Shown here one piece after another: positions 9,252 through 18,449 of a stretch of DNA of 41,017 nt (positions are counted from its first letter, which is position 1; each line of letters begins with the position of its first letter). The position numbers were made by a program, and so were the translations under genes. The stretch comes from a virus (taxonomy: Duplodnaviria; Caudoviricetes). Location: positions 1 to 41,017 of the IMG/VR virus record IMGVR_UViG_3300020541_000004; one strand, 5' to 3'. The notes beneath the pieces are model-generated. The model had not been told where the DNA came from and searched no databases. It saw nothing but the letters and a program-made list of their open reading frames with translations.

Positions 9252-10280
9252 TTACAAAACTACAGTGCCTACTGCAAACTCATAAGGTAAGTCATATCTT
9301 CTATTGACATAGTGCCACTCAGCTGCTTTCAAAACATCAGTCATTCTATCTAACCAACTATTTAAAGTTTTTTCTGATACATAGAAAGGATAAGTTTGGA
9401 AAGATCTATCAATCACAATAAAATGAAACTTAAGCTGATAACCTGAGTCTAGTAGATCTTTGTACTTTACAGTAGCCAAAGTGCAGTACATTACGGCTTG
9501 TAGCCAGTAAGAGTAATACTCAATGGTTTCTTTAAAGTCTTTTAAATCTTTGCTTGTAGTCTTAATGTCATTAACAAAAATAATCTTTTTATTGTGATCA
9601 ACTACAAGATTATCAATAATTCCTTTAAGACCAAAAGGTAGATCGGAATGCTGGGTAGATAGCATAAGCTCATTATGAACTTCTTTGTTATCAAAATCAG
9701 TTAAGTTGCTACCGATTAGTTCACAAAGGGTTTTATTAGTCTTGATTTGATCTACAGCACTTTTACAGAAGTCATACGTTTCTTGATCAATAAGTGTCTT
9801 ATTACCTTTTGTCTTTAGAAAATCCCAATAGTTAATAGTTTCTGCAGATATGATTTTATCTAGACGTTGCTGATCTGTTTTTAAAGACTGATGATAGTTC
9901 ATGTCTTTCATTACATCAAGTACAGCTTGATCAAAATCTTCTAGTCTTGTTCTTAAATCACCGTTAGCTGATACTTCAATATAGTGATAAAATACTCTAT
10001 CTACTACAGTTTTAACCGAATCTCCTGGAAGTTTTCCTGGACTAATAATAAACTGATCGTTAAACTTATCTTCTTCTAATAATAAAGCATGTACAATTTT
10101 ACCCTGTACTAAATGAGCGTCTGTGCGCTCTTCTTTCATTCCTAATACATACATCTGATAGAACACAGATGGATTCCACATAAGCTTGTTAAGGCTACTA
10201 TAACTGAAGTAAAACTTTTTAGAATAAAAGTTTGTCTCTAAGGCTTGTGCAGATTCCTGCATGATGTCTTCTAATTGCAT
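9252..10280 (-). CDS. PD-(D/E)XK exonuclease (RecB/ExoVIII-like)
   Basis: FSYSSLN, GKIVHALL, E...KGIIDNL...NDIKTT and YWLQAVMY motifs. Confidence 0.85.
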   Translation of the reverse strand: MQLEDIMQESAQALETNFYSKKFYFSYSSLNKLMWNPSVFYQMYVLGMKEERTDAHLVQGKIVHALLLEEDKFNDQFIISPGKLPGDSVKTVVDRVFYHYIEVSANGDLRTRLEDFDQAVLDVMKDMNYHQSLKTDQQRLDKIISAETINYWDFLKTKGNKTLIDQETYDFCKSAVDQIKTNKTLCELIGSNLTDFDNKEVHNELMLSTQHSDLPFGLKGIIDNLVVDHNKKIIFVNDIKTTSKDLKDFKETIEYYSYWLQAVMYCTLATVKYKDLLDSGYQLKFHFIVIDRSFQTYPFYVSEKTLNSWLDRMTDVLKAAEWHYVNRRYDLPYEFAVGTVVL

Positions 10281-10675
10281 ATTGTTTTTCTTTGTTCTAA
10301 CTCTTGTGTCATGAGATCAAGTCTCCATTTTTCTAATCTTGGACCAATCTCTTTAATTACTGATTCTAATAGATCAGTATCCATTTCAGATACTGATACA
10401 TATTTTACAGGTTGTGATCCATCTTTACCATAATCTCCCCAAATAGGAGCCAGTCTACATTTTTCAAAACCGTCTGATAAATAAACTGTACCTGATAGAT
10501 CTACTAACCGAATATCTTTGCCTCCAAATCTTTGATATTCTAGTCCACCATCTAACATGGTTTTATTATCACAAGTACACATTACATAATCATGTCTGTA
10601 TCTTGATACTAGTACATCACCACATTTTTTACACGTAGCTGTACTATAAATAATTTGTTCTAAGCCTGTTGCCAT
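10271..10675 (-). CDS. Zn-binding phage protein
   Basis: CKKC...HDYVMCTC...DGG motif. Confidence 0.65.
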   Translation of the reverse strand: MATGLEQIIYSTATCKKCGDVLVSRYRHDYVMCTCDNKTMLDGGLEYQRFGGKDIRLVDLSGTVYLSDGFEKCRLAPIWGDYGKDGSQPVKYVSVSEMDTDLLESVIKEIGPRLEKWRLDLMTQELEQRKTICN

Positions 10676-10827
10676 ATACCTAGTTCAATAAGTTTAGTTC
10701 TAATACGCTCTTGCGTGGCATTATCAACTGTAATAGATTCTTCATACTCTAAGAATTTAATAAGTTCTTCAAGTTGACCTTCTATATCAGCAATACTAGA
10801 AGGACATGTTTTAACTTGTACATCCAT
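10660..10827 (-). CDS. Small hypothetical protein
   Basis: ORF track 10660..10842; ATG at 10827 (MDVQVK) preferred. Confidence 0.55.
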   Translation of the reverse strand: MDVQVKTCPSSIADIEGQLEELIKFLEYEESITVDNATQERIRTKLIELGIWQQA

Positions 10828-10831
10828 AAGT

Positions 10832-10987
10832 TTAGTTATCAAATTTTTGTGAAATTTCTTCTGGTAGATAAGCTAATAGGTTTTTTCTAGGTATAGAATC
10901 TAGAAGCTCATATAGAGCTGACTCATCATTCATTAAGAAATCTTCTTTAATCTGAGCAATAACAGCTTCAATAATAGGATCTTCCAT
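10832..10987 (-). CDS. Small acidic hypothetical protein (51 aa)
   Basis: Manual translation MEDPIIEAVIAQIKEDFLMNDESALYELLDSIPRKNLLAYLPEEISQKFDN; fills the gap exactly. Confidence 0.6.
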   Translation of the reverse strand: MEDPIIEAVIAQIKEDFLMNDESALYELLDSIPRKNLLAYLPEEISQKFDN

Positions 10988-10988
10988 A

Positions 10989-11378
10989 TCACTTTTCTTT
11001 TTCTAATTTTGTTTTTTTATCATGACATTCTGTACATAACACTTGTAGATTATCTTGTTCGCAGAAAAGTCTTTCTACAAATCCTGGAAGATCTGCAGCA
11101 CAGTTAAGACTGCCCGCACCAATTATATGATCCACATTGATCTGTTTTTCAGGAAACCATTTACTGCAAGAGTTACACTGATATTCATACTTCTGTCTCT
11201 TTAAAGGACCAGTGTATGGTCTACGAGCTTCCATCTTACATTGTGTAATTGGTTTCCACCATCTTGACTTCTGACGTAAAGCACTTCTTATAAAACTCCA
11301 GAATGCAGATTCTGACATAGTACCTGCATTTCTAGTTTTAGGAGTGGTCTTTCGTCTAACTACTTTCTTCTTCGTCAT
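10989..11378 (-). CDS. HNH endonuclease
   Basis: CNSC...VDHI...NLQVLCTECHDKKT. Confidence 0.85.
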   Translation of the reverse strand: MTKKKVVRRKTTPKTRNAGTMSESAFWSFIRSALRQKSRWWKPITQCKMEARRPYTGPLKRQKYEYQCNSCSKWFPEKQINVDHIIGAGSLNCAADLPGFVERLFCEQDNLQVLCTECHDKKTKLEKEK

Positions 11379-12360
11379 TTACTATTCTTTTATTAAGTAT
11401 AGGTACTAAACGTATGTATACTTCTTTTGGGCCAAAGTCCTTGATAGAATCTGATGGATCTTTGCTCATAGGTAGAACAGCGTACTCTATTTCTGGGTAT
11501 AACTCTTTATACCTTTCCATTGCTTTAATACCCGGCTCATCGTAATCAAACAATATAATTACTTTTTTATACTGGTTGATGTACTTTTCCATTAGCTCTT
11601 TACGGATAACCGTATTCTCAGAATCTGGAGCAATAATGTCTAAAGTTTTAATCTTTAGACTTTTTAAAGACATGACATCTTTTAGAGAAGATGTAATTAT
11701 AAGATAAGGTGCATTCTTTACTTGTTCAGATCCTTGTATGTAATCCTGAACTTTAATAAATTTTTTATCTAACGTCTTAGGCTGATATATTTTGTACAGC
11801 GTACCATCTTGGGTAAAGTAACCATATAAATAGTTACCTGTTATGGTTAGATCAATAGGACCATCTTCACAATCTTTATGCATAGTGTATTGCTGTAAAG
11901 GCTTTACATTATACTCACTAAGTAATTTAGATCCGATATTAAACTGGGTCCAAAAATACTGATCTTGTGTAGTCCAGGATCTGAAAACAAACTCACTTAC
12001 TTTGTATTTAGAAGCTTGTTTAAATTTCTGTACATCATATCCTCCGTTGTTATGAAGAACGTAATCATTATAATTCTCTACAATTAGTTCACAGGACTTG
12101 TGATAGTTTAATCCTGTTATGTCCTTTACTAAGTCTAAAGCAGAACCCCCTTTACCAGAGGAAAAGTCCTTGTATTTGTATATGTCTTTAGAAGAATCAT
12201 AATAAATGCACATACTAGGTGTGCGTTCTTTAGAATTAAATAGACTTTTAATTTTTATATCATGCCCGTTAAGCTTTTCATCAAGCTTGCAGAAGTGCTC
12301 AAATATCCATGATGTAGGAACTTGCTTTACATCATGCACCATATTTTTTATTGTAAACAT
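11356..12360 (-). CDS. DNA primase (Toprim domain)
   Basis: N-terminal ERTPS...YKDFSSGKGG (degenerate CHC2-like region); Toprim SSLKD, DSE, FDYDEPG and KDPSD motifs; located near the helicase gene. Confidence 0.82.
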   Translation of the reverse strand: MFTIKNMVHDVKQVPTSWIFEHFCKLDEKLNGHDIKIKSLFNSKERTPSMCIYYDSSKDIYKYKDFSSGKGGSALDLVKDITGLNYHKSCELIVENYNDYVLHNNGGYDVQKFKQASKYKVSEFVFRSWTTQDQYFWTQFNIGSKLLSEYNVKPLQQYTMHKDCEDGPIDLTITGNYLYGYFTQDGTLYKIYQPKTLDKKFIKVQDYIQGSEQVKNAPYLIITSSLKDVMSLKSLKIKTLDIIAPDSENTVIRKELMEKYINQYKKVIILFDYDEPGIKAMERYKELYPEIEYAVLPMSKDPSDSIKDFGPKEVYIRLVPILNKRIVNDEEESS

Positions 12361-12381
12361 GACACTGGGTTAAAATGAAGA

Positions 12382-12403
12382 AGGGGAGTAGTTACACTCC
12401 CCT
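12382..12403 (-). terminator. Hairpin downstream of the SSB-like gene
   Basis: aggggagt/actcccct stem followed by a pyrimidine-rich tract on the minus strand. Confidence 0.55.
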
Positions 12404-12423
12404 CTATCTTCTTGCAACAATAA

Positions 12424-13035
12424 TTACATATCAAAATCACTATTCACAGGCTCAAAGCTTGATACAGGCTTATTTTGCAATGCTTTATAGTGATACTGGT
12501 TGTTCTTATCAAAAGCATCTAGTTTGCTCTCATCTGCAGATACAAACTTGTACTTAGGAAGAGAAAGTTTAATGATAGTTTTACCATTGTACTCTTCTTC
12601 TGTACCTTTTAAGAACCAATATAGATTGTTGTATTTAAGCATAGAAATTGCTTTCTCAACCCATTCTTCTAGACTACTTGCTTGAATGTTATCAATCTGA
12701 TCTCTCATTCCAAGTTCAGATGCAATAATTGCAATCTTGTACATGATCTCATTCTTAGATACATTACTGTCATTAAACTGATCAGTCCAGATGGTTGCAG
12801 ATACTCTGCTAGATTGACCTGTAAACTTCAAACCTTCCGGGTTATCTTTGTCAATAGGCCATCCTTCAAAACCTTCAGATGCTGGACCTTCTAGAATTAA
12901 CTCTAGAGTCTTCTTGTCACCTCTATTAGAGGTTCTAACTTGCCCACTATAAATGTGTGCATAAACTACTCCTGCCTGTAGAGATTTAGCTGTACCTCCA
13001 CCTTGTTTGACTTCTTGTCCTTTTGTACTAAACAT
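12424..13035 (-). CDS. Putative single-stranded DNA-binding protein
   Basis: Lies between the AAA ATPase and primase; beta-rich N-terminus and acidic C-terminal tail (NSDFDM). Call is inferred from context. Confidence 0.5.
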   Translation of the reverse strand: MFSTKGQEVKQGGGTAKSLQAGVVYAHIYSGQVRTSNRGDKKTLELILEGPASEGFEGWPIDKDNPEGLKFTGQSSRVSATIWTDQFNDSNVSKNEIMYKIAIIASELGMRDQIDNIQASSLEEWVEKAISMLKYNNLYWFLKGTEEEYNGKTIIKLSLPKYKFVSADESKLDAFDKNNQYHYKALQNKPVSSFEPVNSDFDM

Positions 13036-13074
13036 ACTGTGTTAAATTTAATTGTTTGAATGAAAAATTGAGTA

Positions 13075-13758
13075 TTAGTTTTCGTAATCTATGATACTTT
13101 TTCTTACTAGAGCTAGGTCGTTTGTTATTTCAAAATCCTCAAACATACCTCTTGGAGCTTTACAGGTATTTTCACCGTTGTTTGCAGTCTCAAATACATA
13201 TCTGATGTTGCCATCTTTATCCTTCTTAACTTTACCAAACAAAACTATAGAAAATAATCCTTCTAACGTAAGCTTTTCGTCAACCATTTTACCGATTGTC
13301 TTAGCTTTGAACTTCTTTTTGCCTTCCATATCTGTAGATTCTTCAGCATGGGTCAAAATAAATACCATAAGGTCATCTCTTAAATCTTTAGGCATGCGTG
13401 CAATACGTGCCAGATTAGCACCGATCTGGGTAAATTTTTCATAACCCTTCTCGTCACTTCTGTCAAAGAACTCAAAAGAACTCATGTACTGAAAGTCATC
13501 AATAACTAAGTTCTTAATGTCTGGACGTTTTTCTGAAACATACTTAAGGCATGCTTCTATCTGTTGAGAGGAACTAGCAGAGTATAGATTACCTTTTGGA
13601 TTATCTTTAGTCCACTGAACGTACTTATTTCTCCACCCTTTGAAAGGAAGAGCTTTGTTTGCTACGTTTATGATAAATGTTTCTGCAGGATTTAGGTTCT
13701 CAATACTAGTAGATTTACCTGAACCTGACTCTGCAATAATTAAAATACCTTGTGCCAT
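13075..13758 (-). CDS. AAA_24/Sak4-like P-loop ATPase
   Basis: Walker A AESGSGKS, Walker B LVIDD, LTH and EGLFSIVL. Confidence 0.85.
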   Translation of the reverse strand: MAQGILIIAESGSGKSTSIENLNPAETFIINVANKALPFKGWRNKYVQWTKDNPKGNLYSASSSQQIEACLKYVSEKRPDIKNLVIDDFQYMSSFEFFDRSDEKGYEKFTQIGANLARIARMPKDLRDDLMVFILTHAEESTDMEGKKKFKAKTIGKMVDEKLTLEGLFSIVLFGKVKKDKDGNIRYVFETANNGENTCKAPRGMFEDFEITNDLALVRKSIIDYEN

Positions 13759-13761
13759 GTG

Positions 13762-14346
13762 TTATTTTGTAGATTTGATTAATTCGTTCAACCAAGTTTT
13801 AGAACTTATTGGCTTTCCAGATTGAATAGCGTAATAGTCTCTAATAGTCATTTCACTGTATGGTGCGTCTTCCATAGCAGCTGGTGCCTTATAAGCTTGC
13901 ATCGGAGCTTTACTTAAAGAAAATCCATTTACGGAATGTCTTTCTTCTTCAAGTCCAAATTTTGCTGTTTTTTTAATTGCTACAGAAGTAGGGTTTACAA
14001 CTCTTAGTTCTTCAAGCGGCACAAGATAAGAACCTTTTTCATTTAGTTCATACTCGTCCTCAAAAGAACTATTAAAAGGTACTCTGTAAACCTTACGTTC
14101 AGCATCTGCAGGTGTGAGATCTCTGGTTACAAGTTCAAAGAAAAAACCTTTTTCTTTCTTAAACTCTGAAGAGAAAATACCTACTACCATTCTTCCATGT
14201 TTGTCATAGAAGGGCATCTTCATATTAAAATCTGTACGAGGAATGTCTAAATCATCAATTAAGTCTTGATGAAAGTCTCTTACAGATTCAAGCTTAAGCT
14301 TCTTAAGCTCTTTAGGATCTGTTGTTTGTGAAGTGTAATTTGTCAT
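13762..14346 (-). CDS. Hypothetical protein
   Basis: ORF track starts at 14463; the ATG at 14346 (MTNYTS) avoids a long overlap with the helicase gene. C-terminal MTIRDYYAI motif. Confidence 0.7.
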   Translation of the reverse strand: MTNYTSQTTDPKELKKLKLESVRDFHQDLIDDLDIPRTDFNMKMPFYDKHGRMVVGIFSSEFKKEKGFFFELVTRDLTPADAERKVYRVPFNSSFEDEYELNEKGSYLVPLEELRVVNPTSVAIKKTAKFGLEEERHSVNGFSLSKAPMQAYKAPAAMEDAPYSEMTIRDYYAIQSGKPISSKTWLNELIKSTK

Positions 14347-14356
14347 ACTGTGTTTT

Positions 14357-15409
14357 TTATAATTCTTGTCCAACATCTGCAGATGGCTGCCTGTTATTTC
14401 TTGGTCCTCTAGGAGCCCATGTTTGTGGTTGTTGCTGAACGATTGGTGGAGGACCAGATTCAACCATTCTTTGTCTTTTAAAATCTGTTTCTAGAAAGAT
14501 AATGTTCTCATCTGTGGCACCATTACGAAGCTTTAGTAAATGTAAGAATACATTTTCTTTGTCAGCTTTGTAATGTTCTGGACCATAGTCTTCAATATTC
14601 AAAGTGAACGGTCTACTAATAGCAAGAACTAAATCTGAGCCTTGCATTAAAGCGTCACCACCAAATATATCAGATGAACTAGGATAGTTAGCAATCGTTC
14701 CAGGAGTTCTGCGAGCTACATCTTCCATAGTACGATTAAGCTGTGTTAGAATAATAATAATAACAGGCAGATCTCTCTTTACATCAATAAGCATATCTGC
14801 TATGTTGTAAAGGGTCTGTAGTTTTTCTCTCTCATCTGGAGCCTTTTTTACGAGCCAGCTGTGGTCAATGGTAATAATCATTGGTTTACCACCTAGCTCG
14901 TTAAAGTAATGATGAATTGCTTTTTTCATATCAGCAGAAGTAAGAGGCTTTTTGATACGTACTCGTTGTACCCCTTGCTTTTCTAACTCTTCTGCTTCTA
15001 TGAGATACTTTTCCATTTGCTGGAAAGCAAACTCATCAAGCTGTCTTTGTGATGAAAGAACAACATTGTAATCTAAAGCAACCTGTGCAGCAAACTCTCT
15101 TGCAGCATAGGATTCATCGCCCATCTCAAATTGAAACTCTAGAATAGAGAACTCTTGATCTGGGTTAAGTCTTTTAGATTCTCTTAGAATGTGACTAATA
15201 AACATAGTCTTGCCTGCGGCAGGTCTTGCACCAATTGTAACAAGACTACCCCATTCTATACCACCAATGGTTGCATTGTTAATAGCAGCCCAGGGTGTTT
15301 TTAAGGACTTAATTCGTCCTTTCCGTCTGTCATTAATGTATTTTAGACCTTTGCGTAAACCTTCTGCATGGGTTATGGCACCATATGGTCTTTCTATTTT
15401 TTGATCCAT
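14357..15409 (-). CDS. DnaB-like replicative helicase (SF4)
   Basis: GARPAAGKT, FEM, IDH, LTQLNR, SDIFGGDALMQGSD and KLRNG motifs. Confidence 0.9.
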   Translation of the reverse strand: MDQKIERPYGAITHAEGLRKGLKYINDRRKGRIKSLKTPWAAINNATIGGIEWGSLVTIGARPAAGKTMFISHILRESKRLNPDQEFSILEFQFEMGDESYAAREFAAQVALDYNVVLSSQRQLDEFAFQQMEKYLIEAEELEKQGVQRVRIKKPLTSADMKKAIHHYFNELGGKPMIITIDHSWLVKKAPDEREKLQTLYNIADMLIDVKRDLPVIIIILTQLNRTMEDVARRTPGTIANYPSSSDIFGGDALMQGSDLVLAISRPFTLNIEDYGPEHYKADKENVFLHLLKLRNGATDENIIFLETDFKRQRMVESGPPPIVQQQPQTWAPRGPRNNRQPSADVGQEL

Positions 15410-15421
15410 TAAAAATTAGTA

Positions 15422-15646
15422 TTATGAACCAAATGAACTTTTAGCAAATGTATCTGATACGATAGAGTTTGCATCTTGCAATGCACTTAGACCTCCTCGT
15501 AAATAGGCTTTAAGTTCAATCTGTGTTGCAATACTTTCTAAGATCTCATAGTTTATAGCACGTAAATCTTCTACTCTTGAATCTATCTGAGGTAGAGATT
15601 CAAATATTTGCTTTAAGCTTTGTGGGTTTTGAAGTTTGTTTTCCAT
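15422..15646 (-). CDS. Hypothetical protein
   Basis: 74-aa co-oriented ORF. Confidence 0.6.
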   Translation of the reverse strand: MENKLQNPQSLKQIFESLPQIDSRVEDLRAINYEILESIATQIELKAYLRGGLSALQDANSIVSDTFAKSSFGS

Positions 15647-15703
15647 GTTAAATTGTTTTATGTAGTTTAAAATTAATGCTTTTTCTCAAAATATCAAAAT
15701 GAT

Positions 15704-16330
15704 CTACTGAGAATTTTCAATCCAATCTTTATTTTGTATTTTGTAATCTTCTAGAGCAGGTCTTAAGATTTCTGGATTGTCAAGCAAGAACTGGCAATGA
15801 TCTGCTAGTTCAGACTTAGTAGTTTTACTGATGTTATCAGTCTTCTGTATAAAATAACTGCTGTTCATCATAAACTGATATCCCTTCTTTTCTTTTTCAA
15901 AGATATAATAGTCAGTGGCTAAATGAACTAAGGTCCAATTGTACTCTGGGTAAGTTTTAAAGAAAACAATAAACTTTTTCTTTAATTCTTCTACGGATTG
16001 TCTAGCCATAGAACCTGATGGCAATGACTTAGGTGGAAATAATTCCCTGTAATAAGCAATCTTTTCTAAGAACTTGTCTCCTAGTACTTCTGTAGCAACC
16101 TTCTTTTTAATTTTGATGAGGAAGGTTTCAAACTCATCTAGTATTACTATTGCTTTCTGTGTTAACTGACCATTTTCATCAATGTATCCTTTAGCTCTGC
16201 AGATGATTCCTTCAGCCTCTGGGTTTATAATTCCTGTGGGCTTAATTTTACTTCTGCAACAATCAAGGAAATAAATCTGATTAGGGCTGACGTTGTGTTT
16301 GATTAATGTGGTCCATAACTGGTGGCTCAT
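15704..16330 (-). CDS. Hypothetical replication-associated protein
   Basis: 208-aa ORF upstream of the helicase; possible winged-helix N-terminus (KGYIDENGQLTQKA). Confidence 0.65.
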   Translation of the reverse strand: MSHQLWTTLIKHNVSPNQIYFLDCCRSKIKPTGIINPEAEGIICRAKGYIDENGQLTQKAIVILDEFETFLIKIKKKVATEVLGDKFLEKIAYYRELFPPKSLPSGSMARQSVEELKKKFIVFFKTYPEYNWTLVHLATDYYIFEKEKKGYQFMMNSSYFIQKTDNISKTTKSELADHCQFLLDNPEILRPALEDYKIQNKDWIENSQ

Positions 16331-16760
16331 GCTGCTCTCTAATATATTTAAGGATGGTAAAATACTTTAAACGGAAACTATCATTCGTTTCTACTAAATC
16401 ATTGAATACCTTTATATTATATATAACGGTTGTATGATCTCTCTTTCCAAGAAACTCACCTATTTCGGAAAGATTATACCTCATAGTTCTTGCCATGTAG
16501 CAAAACATTGATCGTAATTCTACGATAGTTCTATCTCTCAGCTTAGATTCCAAAGGTATTACTTTCTTAAATTTTGTAGGAAGGAAAGGATCAAACATTT
16601 TTCTTAAACTTTCTAAACTCATGACAGGAATTAATTTTATTCCTTGCACTTTAGAAGTTGTCAATACTATAGGGTAATACCCCATTTTTTCATAGAATAA
16701 GTCTTTAAACTCTGAAATCAGCTTTTTTTCAAGCACAGCTTTATAAGAATTTGTATCCAT
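16281..16760 (-). CDS. Stand-alone DnaA C-terminal (domain IV) DNA-binding protein
   Basis: RSMFCYMAR...LSEIGEFLGKRDHTTVIY matches the DnaA signature IGxxFGGRDHTTV; no AAA+ domain. Confidence 0.85.
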   Translation of the reverse strand: MDTNSYKAVLEKKLISEFKDLFYEKMGYYPIVLTTSKVQGIKLIPVMSLESLRKMFDPFLPTKFKKVIPLESKLRDRTIVELRSMFCYMARTMRYNLSEIGEFLGKRDHTTVIYNIKVFNDLVETNDSFRLKYFTILKYIREQHEPPVMDHINQTQRQP

Positions 16761-16774
16761 AGTTTATTCTAGTT

Positions 16775-16789
16775 TTATTCACAAATCTA
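16775..16789. promoter_or_regulatory. DnaA-box-like TTATTCACA overlapping a minus-strand Bacteroidota -7 element (TAGATTTG)
   Basis: TTATTCACA at 16775-16783 fits TTWTNCACA; caaatcta at 16782-16789 reads TAGATTTG on the minus strand. Located in a divergent intergenic region. Confidence 0.5.
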
Positions 16790-16876
16790 GGTTAATTCCT
16801 GATTAATTGGTATATTATAATGTAGGGTTTGGTAAAAACCTACACTTCATACGTTTATTTATAAATAACTCATATC

Positions 16877-17152
16877 ATGGCTAAGAAATTTTATGCCCAG
16901 AAAGATGCTTTAGGCTTTCCAATTCCAGGAACTATGATGTCTGTTACTGCTCCAGCTAATATACCTGCAAGTTCTATTCTCATTCCTGCAGAAAATGTAT
17001 CACCAGGCGTTGGTCAAACAGTAGTAGCTCAACCTTCAGGACTACGTTATTTTGTACGTAAGGATTCTAAAGGTGCCATCATCCCTAATTCATTGATTAT
17101 CAGTTTAAAGAAACCAGCTGGTTCTGTTTACGAATTCAAACTTCTAAAATAG
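16877..17152 (+). CDS. Hypothetical protein with a two-fold internal repeat
   Basis: KFYAQKDALGFPIPGTM resembles RYFVRKDSKGAIIPNSL; first gene of the plus-strand island. Confidence 0.7.
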   Translation: MAKKFYAQKDALGFPIPGTMMSVTAPANIPASSILIPAENVSPGVGQTVVAQPSGLRYFVRKDSKGAIIPNSLIISLKKPAGSVYEFKLLK

Positions 17153-17159
17153 AATTAAG

Positions 17160-17447
17160 ATGCCTACGGAAAACGCTTCTATCACAGCTTTTAAGGTGTG
17201 GATATTTCCTTCACTAGTTTCTCTTGTAAGTCTACTTATATGGAACGATGTAAATGAAATAAAAGCAGATGTTAAATTACTTATGGCTCAGTCTAACATA
17301 GACAAAACTAGAATTGATAATATAGAACGTCAACTATTTAAAGGAACTTCTGTGCCTTTTACTCCTGTAAATGCTTTTCCAGAACGTCAGCAAATTCTAG
17401 CACTTCTTCCTGAAAATAAAATCAAGCTTGTAAAGTATGAATTTTAA
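17160..17447 (+). CDS. Single-TM coiled-coil protein (holin/antiholin candidate)
   Basis: TM segment VWIFPSLVSLVSLLIW followed by a coiled coil; located in the lysis cassette. Confidence 0.55.
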   Translation: MPTENASITAFKVWIFPSLVSLVSLLIWNDVNEIKADVKLLMAQSNIDKTRIDNIERQLFKGTSVPFTPVNAFPERQQILALLPENKIKLVKYEF

Positions 17448-17679
17448 GCAATGGGTTTTAGATCTTTTTAAAGATGAGCGTGGATCTACTTCTATTAAAC
17501 CAGTAGTAGGATTCATGTGTGCTTTATTTTTATGTCTTACCCTAACAGCTAATAGTTTTACTCATGGAGATATTAAACCTTCTGACGCTTTAGTAGATGC
17601 TGTAATGTACATCTGTATTGCAGCTTTGCTTGGAGATACTGGAGATAAGTTTTCACTTAATAAAAAGAAAGATGAATAA
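17437..17679 (+). CDS. Two-TM holin candidate
   Basis: Two hydrophobic helices and a charged C-terminus; upstream of the endolysin. Confidence 0.55.
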   Translation: MNFKQWVLDLFKDERGSTSIKPVVGFMCALFLCLTLTANSFTHGDIKPSDALVDAVMYICIAALLGDTGDKFSLNKKKDE

Positions 17680-18298
17680 GGTATACATGTTTATTATAGG
17701 AGTGTTAATAGTCTTTGTTCTTTTACAAAACAAGGGCTGTGTAGGTGGAGGAGAAAAGCCTACATCTGATACTCTTGTAGTACATGATACAACCTGGGTT
17801 CAAAAAGATAGTTTGATTTATGCTAAGCCTCTACCTGCTAAGATTATTTATGATAGTTTATACCTAGAAGGTAAAACTCAATATTTAGCTGATACTAATT
17901 ATGCTACTCTTAAAGTGCAGTTTGATAACTTAGTTAAGTTATACACTGCATTAGCTGTTTATGTAGATAGTGTAAAGCTTGATACTATTGGTTATGTAGT
18001 AGTTACTGATAGTATTAGAGAAAATAGAATTACAGGGCGTACTTGGAAATACGATTATAAAATACCGTATGTAACCACAACTACTACAATTACTAATACA
18101 AAAGGAAGTAAGACTCAACTATACGTTGGAGGTGGTGTCAATACAACTCAAACTTTAGGTCTAAACTCTGCAGAAGCAGGAGTAATTCTAAAGACTAAAT
18201 CAGATAAAATCTACGGACTTAAGGCCGGATCTGATATAAATGGTAATATTTCTTATGGCTTCCAGACATACTGGAAGATAGGTAAAAAAAATAAATAA
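17672..18298 (+). CDS. Membrane-anchored spanin-like candidate
   Basis: ATG at 17672 (MNKVYMFIIGVLIVFVLLQNKGC): hydrophobic anchor plus Cys, DTLVVHDT repeats and C-terminal amphipathic beta strands ending YWKIGKK. Confidence 0.55.
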   Translation: MNKVYMFIIGVLIVFVLLQNKGCVGGGEKPTSDTLVVHDTTWVQKDSLIYAKPLPAKIIYDSLYLEGKTQYLADTNYATLKVQFDNLVKLYTALAVYVDSVKLDTIGYVVVTDSIRENRITGRTWKYDYKIPYVTTTTTITNTKGSKTQLYVGGGVNTTQTLGLNSAEAGVILKTKSDKIYGLKAGSDINGNISYGFQTYWKIGKKNK

Positions 18299-18299
18299 T

Positions 18300-18437
18300 A
18301 TGAAAAAGATTATTGAATTAGTAAAGAAGTTTTTGTTTGGTACTAAAGTACAGAAAGCTGCAGCTGTTGCTGAAGCAGTAAAAGAAGTTAAAAAGGTTGC
18401 TCCTAGAAAACCTGTTACTAGAAGAAAGAAACAATAA
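18300..18437 (+). CDS. Small cationic amphipathic peptide (45 aa)
   Basis: Manual translation MKKIIELVKKFLFGTKVQKAAAVAEAVKEVKKVAPRKPVTRRKKQ; fills the gap before the endolysin exactly. Not in the ORF track. Confidence 0.7.
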   Translation: MKKIIELVKKFLFGTKVQKAAAVAEAVKEVKKVAPRKPVTRRKKQ

Positions 18438-18449
18438 ACGTTTATACAT

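Noticed and set aside
549-15404. Plus-strand ORFs inside the replication arm (549..866, 3063..3272, 8082..8264, 8280..8483, 9039..9227, 12375..12894, 13091..13825, 15210..15404)
   Set aside because: Antisense shadows of well-supported minus-strand genes, with no motifs.
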